Notes: a model not told the origin generated them from the letters alone. A stretch of 64,000 bases of DNA from an uncultured Halobacteriales archaeon (GCA_964597855.1 CAZQZO010000004.1:24219-88218), one strand, 5' to 3'. Positions 9,128 to 18,973 are shown, numbered from the stretch's first letter. A program made the numbers and translations.

Positions 9128-10021
9128 ATGAATGTAATCAAGGCGATTGATGTTCAGAAATCTTATTCTGGCATTTCGGCAGTAGACGGGGTGTCTCTTT
9201 CTATCAAAAAAGGAGAAATATTCGCCTTAATTGGTCCAAATGGGGCAGGAAAAACAACTCTCATAAATTGCCTTACCGGTGCAGCCCCTTTTGATTCTGG
9301 ATCTATCCAAATTTTAAACAACACGCCCCGTAACGTGGAAAAATCTAAAATATCTTTATTACCTCAGTCCTTCGAACCACCTACCCATCTAACAGTCTCT
9401 GAACTGATTATTTATTTCTCCGGCTTGTATGGAATTAAAAATGACCCTCATCATATCTTGGAAAAAGTCGGCCTGTCTTCTCAATCAAACAAGAAATTTT
9501 ATGAACTATCTGGTGGGCAAAAAAGAAGAATTTGCGTTGGCATTTCAATCATCAATGACCCTGAAATTCTTTTTCTAGATGAACCCACTACCGGAATCGA
9601 TCCCGCAGGAAGATTTGAAATATGGGATCTTATAGAGACTATGGCTTCAAGTGGTTCTACCATCTTCTTGACCACTCATTATATGCACGAAGTAGAACGT
9701 CTCGCAAATAATATAGGGGTAATTTCAAATGGAAAAATAATAGCAACGGGGACACCGTCCGATTTAATTACTAAATTCGGCGGCGATTGCACACTTACTA
9801 TCAAAACAACTTCAAATATTTCTTCTGGTTTTAAAGAATTTTCGCCATCTTTTAAGGATGGAAATTTACATTTCAATAACATCCAACCAAACCAAATTGG
9901 ATCTCTATTAACACAAATTGAAAATTCAAATGTAGAATATAGTAACCTGACTTGGAATCGCCCTAGTTTAGAAACCGTCTACATGGAATTGATGAATAAT
10001 CATCCCGGAGAACCTCTATGA
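9128..10021 (+). CDS. ABC transporter ATP-binding protein (ABC-2 exporter type)
   Basis: Walker A GPNGAGKTT, signature LSGGQKRR, Walker B LFLDEPTTGID. Confidence 0.9.
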   Translation: MNVIKAIDVQKSYSGISAVDGVSLSIKKGEIFALIGPNGAGKTTLINCLTGAAPFDSGSIQILNNTPRNVEKSKISLLPQSFEPPTHLTVSELIIYFSGLYGIKNDPHHILEKVGLSSQSNKKFYELSGGQKRRICVGISIINDPEILFLDEPTTGIDPAGRFEIWDLIETMASSGSTIFLTTHYMHEVERLANNIGVISNGKIIATGTPSDLITKFGGDCTLTIKTTSNISSGFKEFSPSFKDGNLHFNNIQPNQIGSLLTQIENSNVEYSNLTWNRPSLETVYMELMNNHPGEPL

Positions 10022-10758
10022 ACTTAACTAGAATCTTAGCCGAATCTTCGGCATCTTGGAAATCATTCCTGCGTAAAAGAACAGCAGTTTTCTTTACATT
10101 TCTTTTCCCCATAATCCTAGTCTCCATATTTAGTTTTCTTGTTGGGACTCAGAATAGTGGTTTATTTTCAGAAGACTCCGCATATTATGTTGCAAGCTAC
10201 ATCTCGATAGTCATTCTCTTCACTCCCCTCTCTAGAATGGCCATGACCGTCGCCCGTGGACGGGATGGCTCTCTATTCGAAAAACTCTCCACAACCCCTC
10301 TTACACAAACAGAGTGGCTCTTGGCACATGCCATTACTATTTTTAAAATCTGTCTATTTTCAACCCTCTTGGTATTGATTATTGCATCACTACTTACTGA
10401 TTTCATATTTACCATTCCTCTCACTTTAATTTTATTCATATTTTTAGGCTCATTTTTATTTTGCAACATCGGAGTCATATTGGGGAGTATAACCAAATCT
10501 CAAGATGGTGCAATTACAGCTAGCAATTCATTGGCCTTGCCATTACTTTTCCTTTCAGATACGTTCATACCTCTAAATTATTTCCCAACTTGGTTCGTGC
10601 CACTAATTTCGTTTTCTCCTTTGACCCCCTTCTCCCGGGCAACTAGGGACATATTCATTTCATCAACTTTCCCAATTGATGGATTTATTTTACTCATATT
10701 GCTTAATATAATCACATTTGCAATTAGTTCTTATCTACTCCCTTTCCACAGTGATTAA
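10018..10758 (+). CDS. ABC-2 type transporter permease
   Basis: ATGA overlap with the ATPase gene. 246 aa and about 6 TM, the usual partner architecture. Confidence 0.8.
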   Translation: MNLTRILAESSASWKSFLRKRTAVFFTFLFPIILVSIFSFLVGTQNSGLFSEDSAYYVASYISIVILFTPLSRMAMTVARGRDGSLFEKLSTTPLTQTEWLLAHAITIFKICLFSTLLVLIIASLLTDFIFTIPLTLILFIFLGSFLFCNIGVILGSITKSQDGAITASNSLALPLLFLSDTFIPLNYFPTWFVPLISFSPLTPFSRATRDIFISSTFPIDGFILLILLNIITFAISSYLLPFHSD

Positions 10759-10774
10759 TTTTGCACTGTATCAA

Positions 10775-11365
10775 TTAACCCCCGATAAATCTCCACTCAT
10801 AAATGTGATTCAACATTAGGTATGTAATTACTCCCAAGCCCAATGAAACAATCCAGGCAGTTGCTCCAATCCGGCCTATTTTTCTATGATATTTTAATCT
10901 GAGCAACTCGGTCGGACTATGGGTCATCCCCGTGATTATTTGATATATCACCAGTGGGACTGCCGCTATCGATAATCCAATATGAATTGCCAACATAATC
11001 AAATACATATACCGAACCAATACCGGCCCTATGAATTCTTTTGTCCCCCCTCCTCCAACTTTCGTCAAATATAGCACTAAAAAAAGGAGTATTAGCCCAA
11101 ATGAAGCTAACATAAACCGATTATGCCTTTTTATATCTCCTTTTATGATAAAGTACCAACCCATGATTATGCAACATAGGGCAGTCAAATTTACAATTGC
11201 AATCACATCTGCCAATCGATTTATTGCCCATATAGTAAGATCGGGAAAGATAATTTCTGGCCATATCTCCAAAAAAGTCCCTATCACGATTATGTAACCC
11301 GCCAAACTAGCCACTCCTGTCGATACTATCACATTTTGTTTTAGGATCTGTTTTAAACTATTCAT
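10775..11365 (-). CDS. DUF420 (CtaM-like) membrane protein
   Basis: 196 aa and 4-5 TM. Pattern KRHNRFMLASF...FLVLY...GPVLVRYMYLIMLAIHIGLSIAAVPLV...HRKIGRIGATAWIVSLGLGVITYLML matches my memory of DUF420/CtaM, a family linked to aa3 oxidase function in Bacillus. Confidence 0.65.
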   Translation of the reverse strand: MNSLKQILKQNVIVSTGVASLAGYIIVIGTFLEIWPEIIFPDLTIWAINRLADVIAIVNLTALCCIIMGWYFIIKGDIKRHNRFMLASFGLILLFLVLYLTKVGGGGTKEFIGPVLVRYMYLIMLAIHIGLSIAAVPLVIYQIITGMTHSPTELLRLKYHRKIGRIGATAWIVSLGLGVITYLMLNHIYEWRFIGG

Positions 11366-11475
11366 AGAGCAAAATTCCTATGCCTATTCACAAGCTGCGA
11401 ACAAATTTCAGCTTATTGAATTCAAACTTCAGGCATAAACTTTTATCGTGGAGCAAGGGATTTGTTGATTCATAA

Positions 11476-12285
11476 ATGCTACCAATCGACAGTTCACCCA
11501 TATCCCGAAATGGAAAAATTCTAATCTTGGCATACGATCACGGACTCGAACATGGCCCTATAGATTTCACCGATCTACCCCAAACTATCGATCCCGAATC
11601 TATCTTTGACCTGGCATGTCATGAAGCTGTTACTGCCCTAGCAGTTCAAAAAGGCATTGCAGAGGCATATTTCCCATCTTACAAAGATGATGTTACCCTT
11701 TTGGCAAAAATAAATGGGACTTCTAACCTTTGGGCCGGAGAACCAAACTCTTCAGTAAATTGGTCTGTTGATTATGCAGTCGAACTTGGGGCATCCGCGA
11801 TTGGGTTTACCTTGTACGGAGGATCAAACCATGAGGTTGAAATGGCAGAAGAATTCAGATTGGCCCAAGAACAGGCTAGATCCCATGGAATCCCTGTGGT
11901 TATGTGGTCCTATCCCCGTGGACAAGGAATAAACGAAAAATTCAACGGAAACGATACCGATGATGAAGTCATAGCCTATGCATCCAGACTTGCATTAGAG
12001 TTAGGTGCGGATGTTGCTAAAATAAAATACCCTGGAAGTGAAGCTGCAATGAAATGGGCAGTCAAAGCAGCAGGCCCTGTAAAAGTGGTTCTTAGTGGAG
12101 GTTCAAAAGTAGACGATTTGACATTCCTTAGCAGTGTCCAAACAGTAATGGACGCCGGTGGGTCTGGTCTCGCAGTTGGCCGAAACGTATGGCAGCGTGA
12201 GAATGCAAATGAAATGCTAGAAGCACTCGGACGGATAGTCCATGGCGGCGAGCCCGCCGAGGACGCCATATCCTCTCTAACATGA
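11476..12285 (+). CDS. fba: Class I (archaeal type IA, DhnA family) fructose-bisphosphate aldolase
   Basis: KILILAYDHGLEHGP N-terminus, the VAKIKYPG lysine region and a GRNVWQ C-terminal motif. Overlaps the downstream fbp. Confidence 0.8.
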   Translation: MLPIDSSPISRNGKILILAYDHGLEHGPIDFTDLPQTIDPESIFDLACHEAVTALAVQKGIAEAYFPSYKDDVTLLAKINGTSNLWAGEPNSSVNWSVDYAVELGASAIGFTLYGGSNHEVEMAEEFRLAQEQARSHGIPVVMWSYPRGQGINEKFNGNDTDDEVIAYASRLALELGADVAKIKYPGSEAAMKWAVKAAGPVKVVLSGGSKVDDLTFLSSVQTVMDAGGSGLAVGRNVWQRENANEMLEALGRIVHGGEPAEDAISSLT

Positions 12286-13115
12286 TCGAAAATATATTCA
12301 ATATTATAGCAAAATCTGCCCCTTTAATCCGAAATGAATTGCGCACTAGACGTGACTCTTCCACTACCCAGAATCCAACTGGAGATGCTCAGTTAGCAGC
12401 TGATATTTGGGCAGATAACCTCTTCGCAAAAAAAATCCTGGAAATCGATGGTGTTGGATCTTATGCATCTGAAGAACGTGAAGATGTATTAATTTCTGGA
12501 GAAGGACTTTCAGTTGCAATAGATCCTCTAGATGGCTCCTCTAATTTATTATCTAATAATATGATAGGAACAATTGTTGGTGTGTATGATTCTCCTCTGC
12601 CCACTTCCGGAACTAATCTAATAGCGGCAGCGTATGTTCTATATGGCCCAATTACCACAATGGTAACTGCACATTCCGGATCTGTCAACGAATATATAAT
12701 TGATCAAGGGCAGCTCCAACCACTTCGAGAGAATATAACCTTGCCAAAAACCCCTCAGTTATATGGATTTGGAGGGCTCGAAAAAGAATGGAAACCCCAC
12801 TTTAAAAAATATGCAGATAGCATTCGAACTAAACTCAAACTACGTTATGGCGGTTCACTCATAAGTGATATTAATCAAATATTAACCTACGGTGGGGTTT
12901 TTGCCTATCCCGATCTCCTATCCTCTCCTACTGGAAAACTTAGAATTTTGTTTGAAGCACACCCTGTGGCCTATATAATTGAATCCGCGGGGGGATTATC
13001 TTCCAATGGAGATGTCTCAATTCTAGATTTATCACCCGATGCTCTACACGATAGGACCCCTCTCTACGTTGGAAATAAAAATCTAATTGAAGAACTTTCC
13101 ACTTTCTATCAATGA
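12282..13115 (+). CDS. fbp: Fructose-1,6-bisphosphatase, class I (short form)
   Basis: AIDPLDGSSN metal-binding motif, GGVFAYP, and KLRILFEAHPVAYIIESAGG. Confidence 0.85.
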   Translation: MIENIFNIIAKSAPLIRNELRTRRDSSTTQNPTGDAQLAADIWADNLFAKKILEIDGVGSYASEEREDVLISGEGLSVAIDPLDGSSNLLSNNMIGTIVGVYDSPLPTSGTNLIAAAYVLYGPITTMVTAHSGSVNEYIIDQGQLQPLRENITLPKTPQLYGFGGLEKEWKPHFKKYADSIRTKLKLRYGGSLISDINQILTYGGVFAYPDLLSSPTGKLRILFEAHPVAYIIESAGGLSSNGDVSILDLSPDALHDRTPLYVGNKNLIEELSTFYQ

Positions 13116-13555
13116 CTAAGTACGAACGCGATACCAATTTGGCATCTGTTGTTATTTATGATTCTAAATGCCCATACTGCTCGGCCGTAACAAACTGGCT
13201 GAAACAAACTCGAGATCTTGGGGCAGTGTCGTGGCACGAAAATATAGCCCAAGACTTCTTGAAAGCCCAATTCAATTATTCACCATTCGCCGTTTTCTTA
13301 GTCGTTCTTTCTGAAAACAAAATCTATGCTGGGCCCGATGCAGCACGGGAACTATGTGAACGAGCAAAACTACCTGGGCTCTTCGGACGACTGGTAGAAC
13401 AAGAATACCATAAAATATCTACAACCGCGAGTTTACTCTCTAACCGAAAACAATCACTAGATAAAATCAAAGGTGAATTTCCACTAAATTCTAATTCCTC
13501 ATTATTGTTGGATGATTTATTCCACGAAGCGTGGACGCTTCCCTTCGAGGAATAA
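13112..13555 (+). CDS. Thioredoxin-fold protein, DCC/DUF393-like (CxxC)
   Basis: The N-terminal VVIYDSKCPYCS resembles the YDGxCxxC start of the DUF393 family. ATGA overlap with fbp. Confidence 0.4.
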   Translation: MTKYERDTNLASVVIYDSKCPYCSAVTNWLKQTRDLGAVSWHENIAQDFLKAQFNYSPFAVFLVVLSENKIYAGPDAARELCERAKLPGLFGRLVEQEYHKISTTASLLSNRKQSLDKIKGEFPLNSNSSLLLDDLFHEAWTLPFEE

Positions 13556-13560
13556 TATAT

Positions 13561-14733
13561 CTATAATATTATCATCTCATCCGACGCGTGACTTAATCTT
13601 TTCACTTTTTTTTCCGTTACCGCTATTTCATCTTCAACTTGAATTCCCCCAACCCCAATTTCATAGTAAGGCGGTTCTACACACATCACCATTCCCGACT
13701 CAATTTTATTCTTTTCCCATGTTATGAGTGGGTCATCATATGTTGAAATTCCAATTCCATGTCCTAGGTGATGTCGTTTGAATTCTGACAAATTTTTTAT
13801 ACCTTTTTTTGCACCTTCTTCTCGTATATATTCCATAGTCGTTTTGAATATTTCAGAAGTACATGCCCCTTTCTTAATTAGAGAAATTTCTTTATCCATT
13901 CCTCTTTTCAATATGTCATACTTAATTTCTATTTCTGCATTTGAACTTTCAAATAAGAACGTTCTTGCAATGTCTGAAGCATACCCTTCATACAAACATC
14001 CCACGTCATATAGAACTATGTCCCCTCCTTTCAATGTCACGTCACTAGGAATGCAAGACTCGGCACTGTGAGGTCCAAACCCAATCAAACAAAATCCGGG
14101 TTCTGCCCCCAGTTCAATCAACCTCTTCTTATATATTTTCTCCAGATCTTTTTCTGTCATTCCTGATTTAATCCGCCCCACTGAATACTTAATCGAAGCT
14201 TCTGTTATTGCCACTGACTTCTCTAGTTTCTCTATTTCTTCCTTACTTTTAATTTTGCGTAATTCTGAAAAAATTCCCTCTGCGGCTGTCACCTGGCATT
14301 TCGATTTCTTTTCAATTAATACCGTCTCTTCTTCTGTTAAATTTCTGCTTTCTAGAGCGATGGTTTTCCCCTGGCCTACTAACTCCTCTATCGCATCTAG
14401 TAGAGCTTCATTCGCACCCGGTGAATTATTTTTGAAATTTAGTTCCAATATCTCTTTTTCGCGATTTGATAGGTCGGGCCCTTCGTAATAATAGTAGTCC
14501 CCATATGAGTATATCTCTCCAAATTCCAATTGATTCGTTATAAGTAAATCTGTATCTCCATTTGGAAGTATCAGATCTGGACACTCTCTGCCTTCTACCC
14601 ACATGGAATACCGCTTTGGTTCAAGTGGGCCTCTAAAACCAGACATATAGAACACATTTTCTGGAGACGTAGCAATCACTACGTCCACTCCCCGTTCAGC
14701 CAGTATATTCTGAATTCTTCCAACCTGGATCAT
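13561..14733 (-). CDS. M24 family metallopeptidase (Xaa-Pro dipeptidase/aminopeptidase-like)
   Basis: Creatinase/prolidase-type N-domain followed by a pita-bread domain. All metal ligands appear present: LYDVGCLYEGYASDIARTF, HHLGHGIG, VEPPYY, IQVEDEI. Confidence 0.8.
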   Translation of the reverse strand: MIQVGRIQNILAERGVDVVIATSPENVFYMSGFRGPLEPKRYSMWVEGRECPDLILPNGDTDLLITNQLEFGEIYSYGDYYYYEGPDLSNREKEILELNFKNNSPGANEALLDAIEELVGQGKTIALESRNLTEEETVLIEKKSKCQVTAAEGIFSELRKIKSKEEIEKLEKSVAITEASIKYSVGRIKSGMTEKDLEKIYKKRLIELGAEPGFCLIGFGPHSAESCIPSDVTLKGGDIVLYDVGCLYEGYASDIARTFLFESSNAEIEIKYDILKRGMDKEISLIKKGACTSEIFKTTMEYIREEGAKKGIKNLSEFKRHHLGHGIGISTYDDPLITWEKNKIESGMVMCVEPPYYEIGVGGIQVEDEIAVTEKKVKRLSHASDEMIIL

Positions 14734-14739
14734 TTCTGT

Positions 14740-15456
14740 TCACAGCGTATCAAACAGCTGGCCATACCCTTCGACTTTAGGGGAAATACCTCCTAGTTGA
14801 TACGCCTTCCAAACCTGCGCCTGAGCATCTCCTATTACTGGAACTCCTGTATCTTGCTCTAGCACCTCTATGAAACTAGCACTTTCCCATTGAGGGCATG
14901 ATATATATATTGCGTCATAACCCTCACTTTCTTTTGCCAATTCCACCGCAGCACGGTATGCGGTCGATGAAGAAACCCCATCTATATCTCCTGGCCCGCT
15001 GCGATTTATCCCTGATAGTGCAACAACTTCGAGCCCACGATCTTTTAGATATTTAACACGCTCCTCGTTTCTTTCTTTGGGATACGGAGTGACTGCTATA
15101 ATGGATTTCGCCCCCACAGCTTTCATGGCATCCACATGAGATTTCAAGTTAGTTGTTATTGGGGCCCTTATTTCTGCATTTATACGATCTAGCAGCTCAT
15201 CCTCTCCTTTTGCACCTTTCAATGCAAAGATAGGACTTCCCCCTGCAATAATGCAGTCTACACCTCTTTCATCCAATCTTTTAGCTGCTGGATATACCTG
15301 TTCAAATGCTTCTGAGAGGTTTTCAGGTGTAAACCTCTCTACTCCCATATTTACGACATACATTTCTACCCCTTCAACTATCATTTTTCGAAATTCATTT
15401 CCATGATTCCACACTGAAGGTTCAATTTTTCCAAATTTAAGACGCCAATGATCCAT
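14740..15456 (-). CDS. Asp/Glu racemase superfamily enzyme (maleate isomerase / arylmalonate decarboxylase-like)
   Basis: The DAIYISCPQWESASFIEVLEQDTGVPVIGDAQAQVWKA C-terminal half is typical of this superfamily. The ATG at 15456 is preferred over the GTG at 15522, because it leaves a 108-nt divergent spacer with TATA-like boxes for both genes. Confidence 0.65.
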   Translation of the reverse strand: MDHWRLKFGKIEPSVWNHGNEFRKMIVEGVEMYVVNMGVERFTPENLSEAFEQVYPAAKRLDERGVDCIIAGGSPIFALKGAKGEDELLDRINAEIRAPITTNLKSHVDAMKAVGAKSIIAVTPYPKERNEERVKYLKDRGLEVVALSGINRSGPGDIDGVSSSTAYRAAVELAKESEGYDAIYISCPQWESASFIEVLEQDTGVPVIGDAQAQVWKAYQLGGISPKVEGYGQLFDTL

Positions 15457-15480
15457 AGTACTTGTCCCTATAGACTTCGC

Positions 15481-15494
15481 AATTATATTAAAAG
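15481..15494 (-). promoter_or_regulatory. TATA-like box about 25-38 nt upstream of the ATG at 15456
   Basis: AATTATATTAAAAG in the divergent spacer. Motif and spacing are the only evidence. Confidence 0.3.
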
Positions 15495-15531
15495 TTCCTT
15501 GTAATTTCCCCTTCTTCAACACGATTGCATC

Positions 15532-15541
15532 TATTTTATTA
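15532..15541 (+). promoter_or_regulatory. TATA-like box about 24-33 nt upstream of the ATG at 15565
   Basis: TATTTTATTA in the divergent spacer. Motif and spacing are the only evidence. Confidence 0.3.
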
Positions 15542-15564
15542 CATTAGCAAGCCAATTGCGACCA

Positions 15565-16557
15565 ATGGTAATAGATTTGACATTGGCCTGCGGGGAATAT
15601 GACTTGACATATGCTCTTCACACAGGCCTCGTACAACCAAGTGGCATTGATCTAAATGTTCTCACTTATGAATCCCCCGAACGCCATTGGCGAATGATGC
15701 GTCATGGAGAATTCGATATATGTGAAATGTCTTTAGGATCTTACCTTGCCTCAAGAAAACACCCTGATCTTTACCCATTTACAGCAATCACTGTCTTCCC
15801 TCACCGAAGATTCCGCCATTCATATATGTTCAAGCATAGCGGAATCTCTTCTACAAATCCTGGAGACCTCGAAGGAAAAAAAATTGGTTTGAGGACTTGG
15901 CAAACCACGGCTGGTATTTGGATGCGAGGAATCGCACAAGAGCAATACGGACTGGACTTAACTTCTGTTGAATGGTACACTGATGATACTGAAGACGTTC
16001 AACTAACCATCCCTGATAAATTCAATGTTCAAAGAATTTCCGAGGACCGGAATATTGAAGAAATGCTAGTATCTGGAGATCTAGACGGGGCTTTCTACCC
16101 CGCCCGTTTGAGCTCCGTAAAACATAAAAAAGGAGCAGAACATATATTCGAAGATCCTTTCTTAGAAGAACAGCGCTATTACGAAGAAACCAACCATTTT
16201 CCACTAATGCACACTGTGGTCATCCGAGACACATTGCTAGAGAAATACCCCTGGATAGCAACAAACATTTATAAAGCATTCTCTGAAGCACGTGACATAT
16301 GCTTACAAAAACTAGAAGACCCCCGATGGACCGCATTAGCTTGGGCGCAAGAACATCTCGATCACCAGCAGAAGGTATTAGGAACGAATCCCTGGCCGTA
16401 TGGACTGGTTCCTTCCAACCAGCGCACTCTTGACAAACTACTTGATTACGCATACGACCAAGGTCTTACTCCTAAAAAATATTCTCCAGAAGATCTGTTT
16501 GCTAAAAGCACGTTAGATCCTGAAATAGAAGGAAAAGAATACGTATCTGGAAAGTAG
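15565..16557 (+). CDS. 4,5-dihydroxyphthalate decarboxylase (PhtD)-like / NMT1-fold protein
   Basis: The N-terminus MVIDLTLACGEYDLTYALHTGLVQPSGIDLNVL...GEFDICEMSLGSYL matches my memory of the PhtD-like family. ATG 15565 is preferred over TTG 15556. Confidence 0.6.
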   Translation: MVIDLTLACGEYDLTYALHTGLVQPSGIDLNVLTYESPERHWRMMRHGEFDICEMSLGSYLASRKHPDLYPFTAITVFPHRRFRHSYMFKHSGISSTNPGDLEGKKIGLRTWQTTAGIWMRGIAQEQYGLDLTSVEWYTDDTEDVQLTIPDKFNVQRISEDRNIEEMLVSGDLDGAFYPARLSSVKHKKGAEHIFEDPFLEEQRYYEETNHFPLMHTVVIRDTLLEKYPWIATNIYKAFSEARDICLQKLEDPRWTALAWAQEHLDHQQKVLGTNPWPYGLVPSNQRTLDKLLDYAYDQGLTPKKYSPEDLFAKSTLDPEIEGKEYVSGK

Positions 16558-16579
16558 CCGTCTTACTATTCTTATTGTT

Positions 16580-18973
16580 TTAGTCCCTCTGATTCTCTAG
16601 TGCTTCAATCACCCTTTCTGGTGTTATTGGTATTGTATCGAATTCAATAGAAAGAGCATTTGAAATTGCATTTCCAATTGCGGGAGCGGATGCCATCATT
16701 CCCATTTCCCCAACACCCCTGGCCCCATATGGTCCCATTTCATCCTCTGTTTCAATTATTATAGTTTCTGATTCATAAGGCAATTCCATTGTCCCTGGGA
16801 TACGATAATCTTTAAAATTGGGATTAACAACTAGTCCCTTCTCATAGATAATCTCTTCATACAAGGCACTAGATATGCCCTGCCCCGTTGCACCTTCTAT
16901 TTGTTGCTCAACATTTTTTGGATTCAAAGCAAATCCCACATCCGTCGCAGTAACCATCCGAAGAACTTCGACCCTGCCCGTCATCTGATTCACGGCAACC
17001 AATGCAGCTTGGCCCACCGGAGTCCAGAAAGCATGATGCTTTCCACCTTTTCTAGAATCATATGTCGCAGTTCCAATCAATTCACCCCCCTCTTTTAACA
17101 TGGTATTTGACACCCCTACCATTTGGCCATAATTTGAGAATAGGCGATTAACCGATATCGCACTATCCCCTTTTCCTTTTATAATGATTTTTCCATCTGA
17201 TGTCTTCAAATCCGACGAATCTATTTTTTCATCAAATTCTCCCACTGCCAGATCAAACATTTTTTGTTTTACATCTGCTATCGCCTTTCGAACTGCATTT
17301 CCTGTATGGTATGTAAATCTGCTCCCTGTTGGTCCTCTATCATATGGGCTATTTGCAGTATCTCCTGCAATAATTTTAACTTTTTCCAACTCAATATCAA
17401 AACCTTCAGCAATAATTTGAGTCAATACAGTTTCTGCACCCTGTCCAATTTCAGGCGCCCCTATATATGCAATCACATTCATATCGCGTTGAACTTTAAT
17501 GGTAGCTGCAGCAGACGATCTAGATACTGGTTTGTTCCCATATGCAATTCCCATACCAATCTTCCATTCCTCCGTATCGTATTCTGGATATTTGCCCTCT
17601 ATGTCGGTAGATCTCAATCCCTCTGCAGATTTTATCAAACAAGCTTCGGTATCAACTTTACCAAGCGTCTCACCCTTCGCATTTGTGTCTCCTGCTCTTA
17701 GGAGGTTTTTCAACCTATATTCCACTGGATCTAGTCCCACTTCCCGGGCGATTTTATCCATGTGACGTTCCATTGCCCAGTTAACCTCTGGCTTTCCAAA
17801 ACCTCGAAACGCTGCGTATTTTGGAAGGTTAGTATATACTGCACAGCTTGTATACTTGACATTTGGAATTTTATACGACCCGACTGTAACACTAGGGCCA
17901 CTGACTGTGCATCTAAAAACTTGCTCATTATATGCTCCCACATTGAATAAAATTTCTGAATCCCTAGCTATGATTTTACCTTCTTTTGTAACTCCATCTT
18001 TTACCTTGACTATGACCTGAGGCCTGCTCACTCCTACCATATACTCTTCCGCCCGTGTCAATTGAAGCCTTACTGGACGATCTGTTTTCTGCAGAATTCC
18101 AACCAAAATGGATTCTACAAATGGAGTAATTTTTCCACCAAAACCACCTCCTACATATGGTGATTTTATCTCTATATTTCCTGGATTCAATTCCGGATAT
18201 GCCATACACAGTTCAGTTTCAATATTATGCGGTACTTGTTGGGAGGTCCAAATTTTTATCGTACCTCCTACTCTCCTACCTACTGAAACATGAGGTTCCA
18301 TCGAACAGTGTTGAAGAGATTTAACCTCATATCTTCCCTCGATAATATGATCTGCATCTTCAAAAGCCGATTCCACTTCTCCCACTTCTAACGAATCCGT
18401 GTACATCAAGTTCGGACGATCTGTATACTCCTCGTCCACATGATCTCTCTTTTCAAATCTAGGATCTCCTTGTTTAGCAAATTGATAACTCCGAACATCT
18501 TCATGAACTGTAGCACAAGGATTTTCAGAAAAAGCTTCTTCCAAGTCAAATACTGCTGGAAGTTCCTCATATTGAAGTTTGATAAGGTTCGCGGCCTCTT
18601 CTGCTATTTCTGGTGTTTCCGCAGCAACTGCCGCTATCGGCTCTCCTATATATCTAAGCTTCTCCGTTGCTAGTATCGGCTGATCTAAAATAAATTGGCC
18701 CCTGCGAGTATCAGGCACGTCCTTATAAGTTATTATCACTTCCACACCCTCGACCTTTTCTGCCTCCTCCACATCCACTTCAATCAACCGAGCGTGGGCG
18801 ACGGGACTAGTCAATAATTTCGCATGCAACAATCGATTTGGATTGATATCCATCGCATATACCGCCTTACCTGTAACTTTATCGGGTGCATCTATCCTTG
18901 CAATGGATTTTCCGACATGACGATTTTCATTATGACCCTCTAGTCTAATTTTAACTTGACCACTTTGACTCAT
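16580..18973 (-). CDS. Molybdopterin-binding large subunit of xanthine dehydrogenase/aldehyde oxidase family hydroxylase
   Basis: 797 aa. Has the a/b-hammerhead N-domain and the AAFRGFGKPE active-site loop of the XDH family (not the CODH form I/II motifs). GVGEMG lies near the C-terminus. Confidence 0.9.
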   Translation of the reverse strand: MSQSGQVKIRLEGHNENRHVGKSIARIDAPDKVTGKAVYAMDINPNRLLHAKLLTSPVAHARLIEVDVEEAEKVEGVEVIITYKDVPDTRRGQFILDQPILATEKLRYIGEPIAAVAAETPEIAEEAANLIKLQYEELPAVFDLEEAFSENPCATVHEDVRSYQFAKQGDPRFEKRDHVDEEYTDRPNLMYTDSLEVGEVESAFEDADHIIEGRYEVKSLQHCSMEPHVSVGRRVGGTIKIWTSQQVPHNIETELCMAYPELNPGNIEIKSPYVGGGFGGKITPFVESILVGILQKTDRPVRLQLTRAEEYMVGVSRPQVIVKVKDGVTKEGKIIARDSEILFNVGAYNEQVFRCTVSGPSVTVGSYKIPNVKYTSCAVYTNLPKYAAFRGFGKPEVNWAMERHMDKIAREVGLDPVEYRLKNLLRAGDTNAKGETLGKVDTEACLIKSAEGLRSTDIEGKYPEYDTEEWKIGMGIAYGNKPVSRSSAAATIKVQRDMNVIAYIGAPEIGQGAETVLTQIIAEGFDIELEKVKIIAGDTANSPYDRGPTGSRFTYHTGNAVRKAIADVKQKMFDLAVGEFDEKIDSSDLKTSDGKIIIKGKGDSAISVNRLFSNYGQMVGVSNTMLKEGGELIGTATYDSRKGGKHHAFWTPVGQAALVAVNQMTGRVEVLRMVTATDVGFALNPKNVEQQIEGATGQGISSALYEEIIYEKGLVVNPNFKDYRIPGTMELPYESETIIIETEDEMGPYGARGVGEMGMMASAPAIGNAISNALSIEFDTIPITPERVIEALENQRD

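Noticed and set aside
16901-18673. Multiple 60-145 aa plus-strand ORFs (16901, 17184, 17264, 17499, 17762, 18108, 18440) and minus-strand out-of-frame ORFs (17731, 17976) inside the molybdenum hydroxylase large-subunit gene
   Set aside because: All lie within a 797-aa gene that carries clear family motifs. Their products are low-complexity or Cys/Ser/Phe-rich with no motifs, which is typical of antisense and off-frame shadows in an AT-rich genome. The same reasoning applies to the shadow ORFs inside coxA, gyrA/gyrB, lig, aglB, top6B and others.
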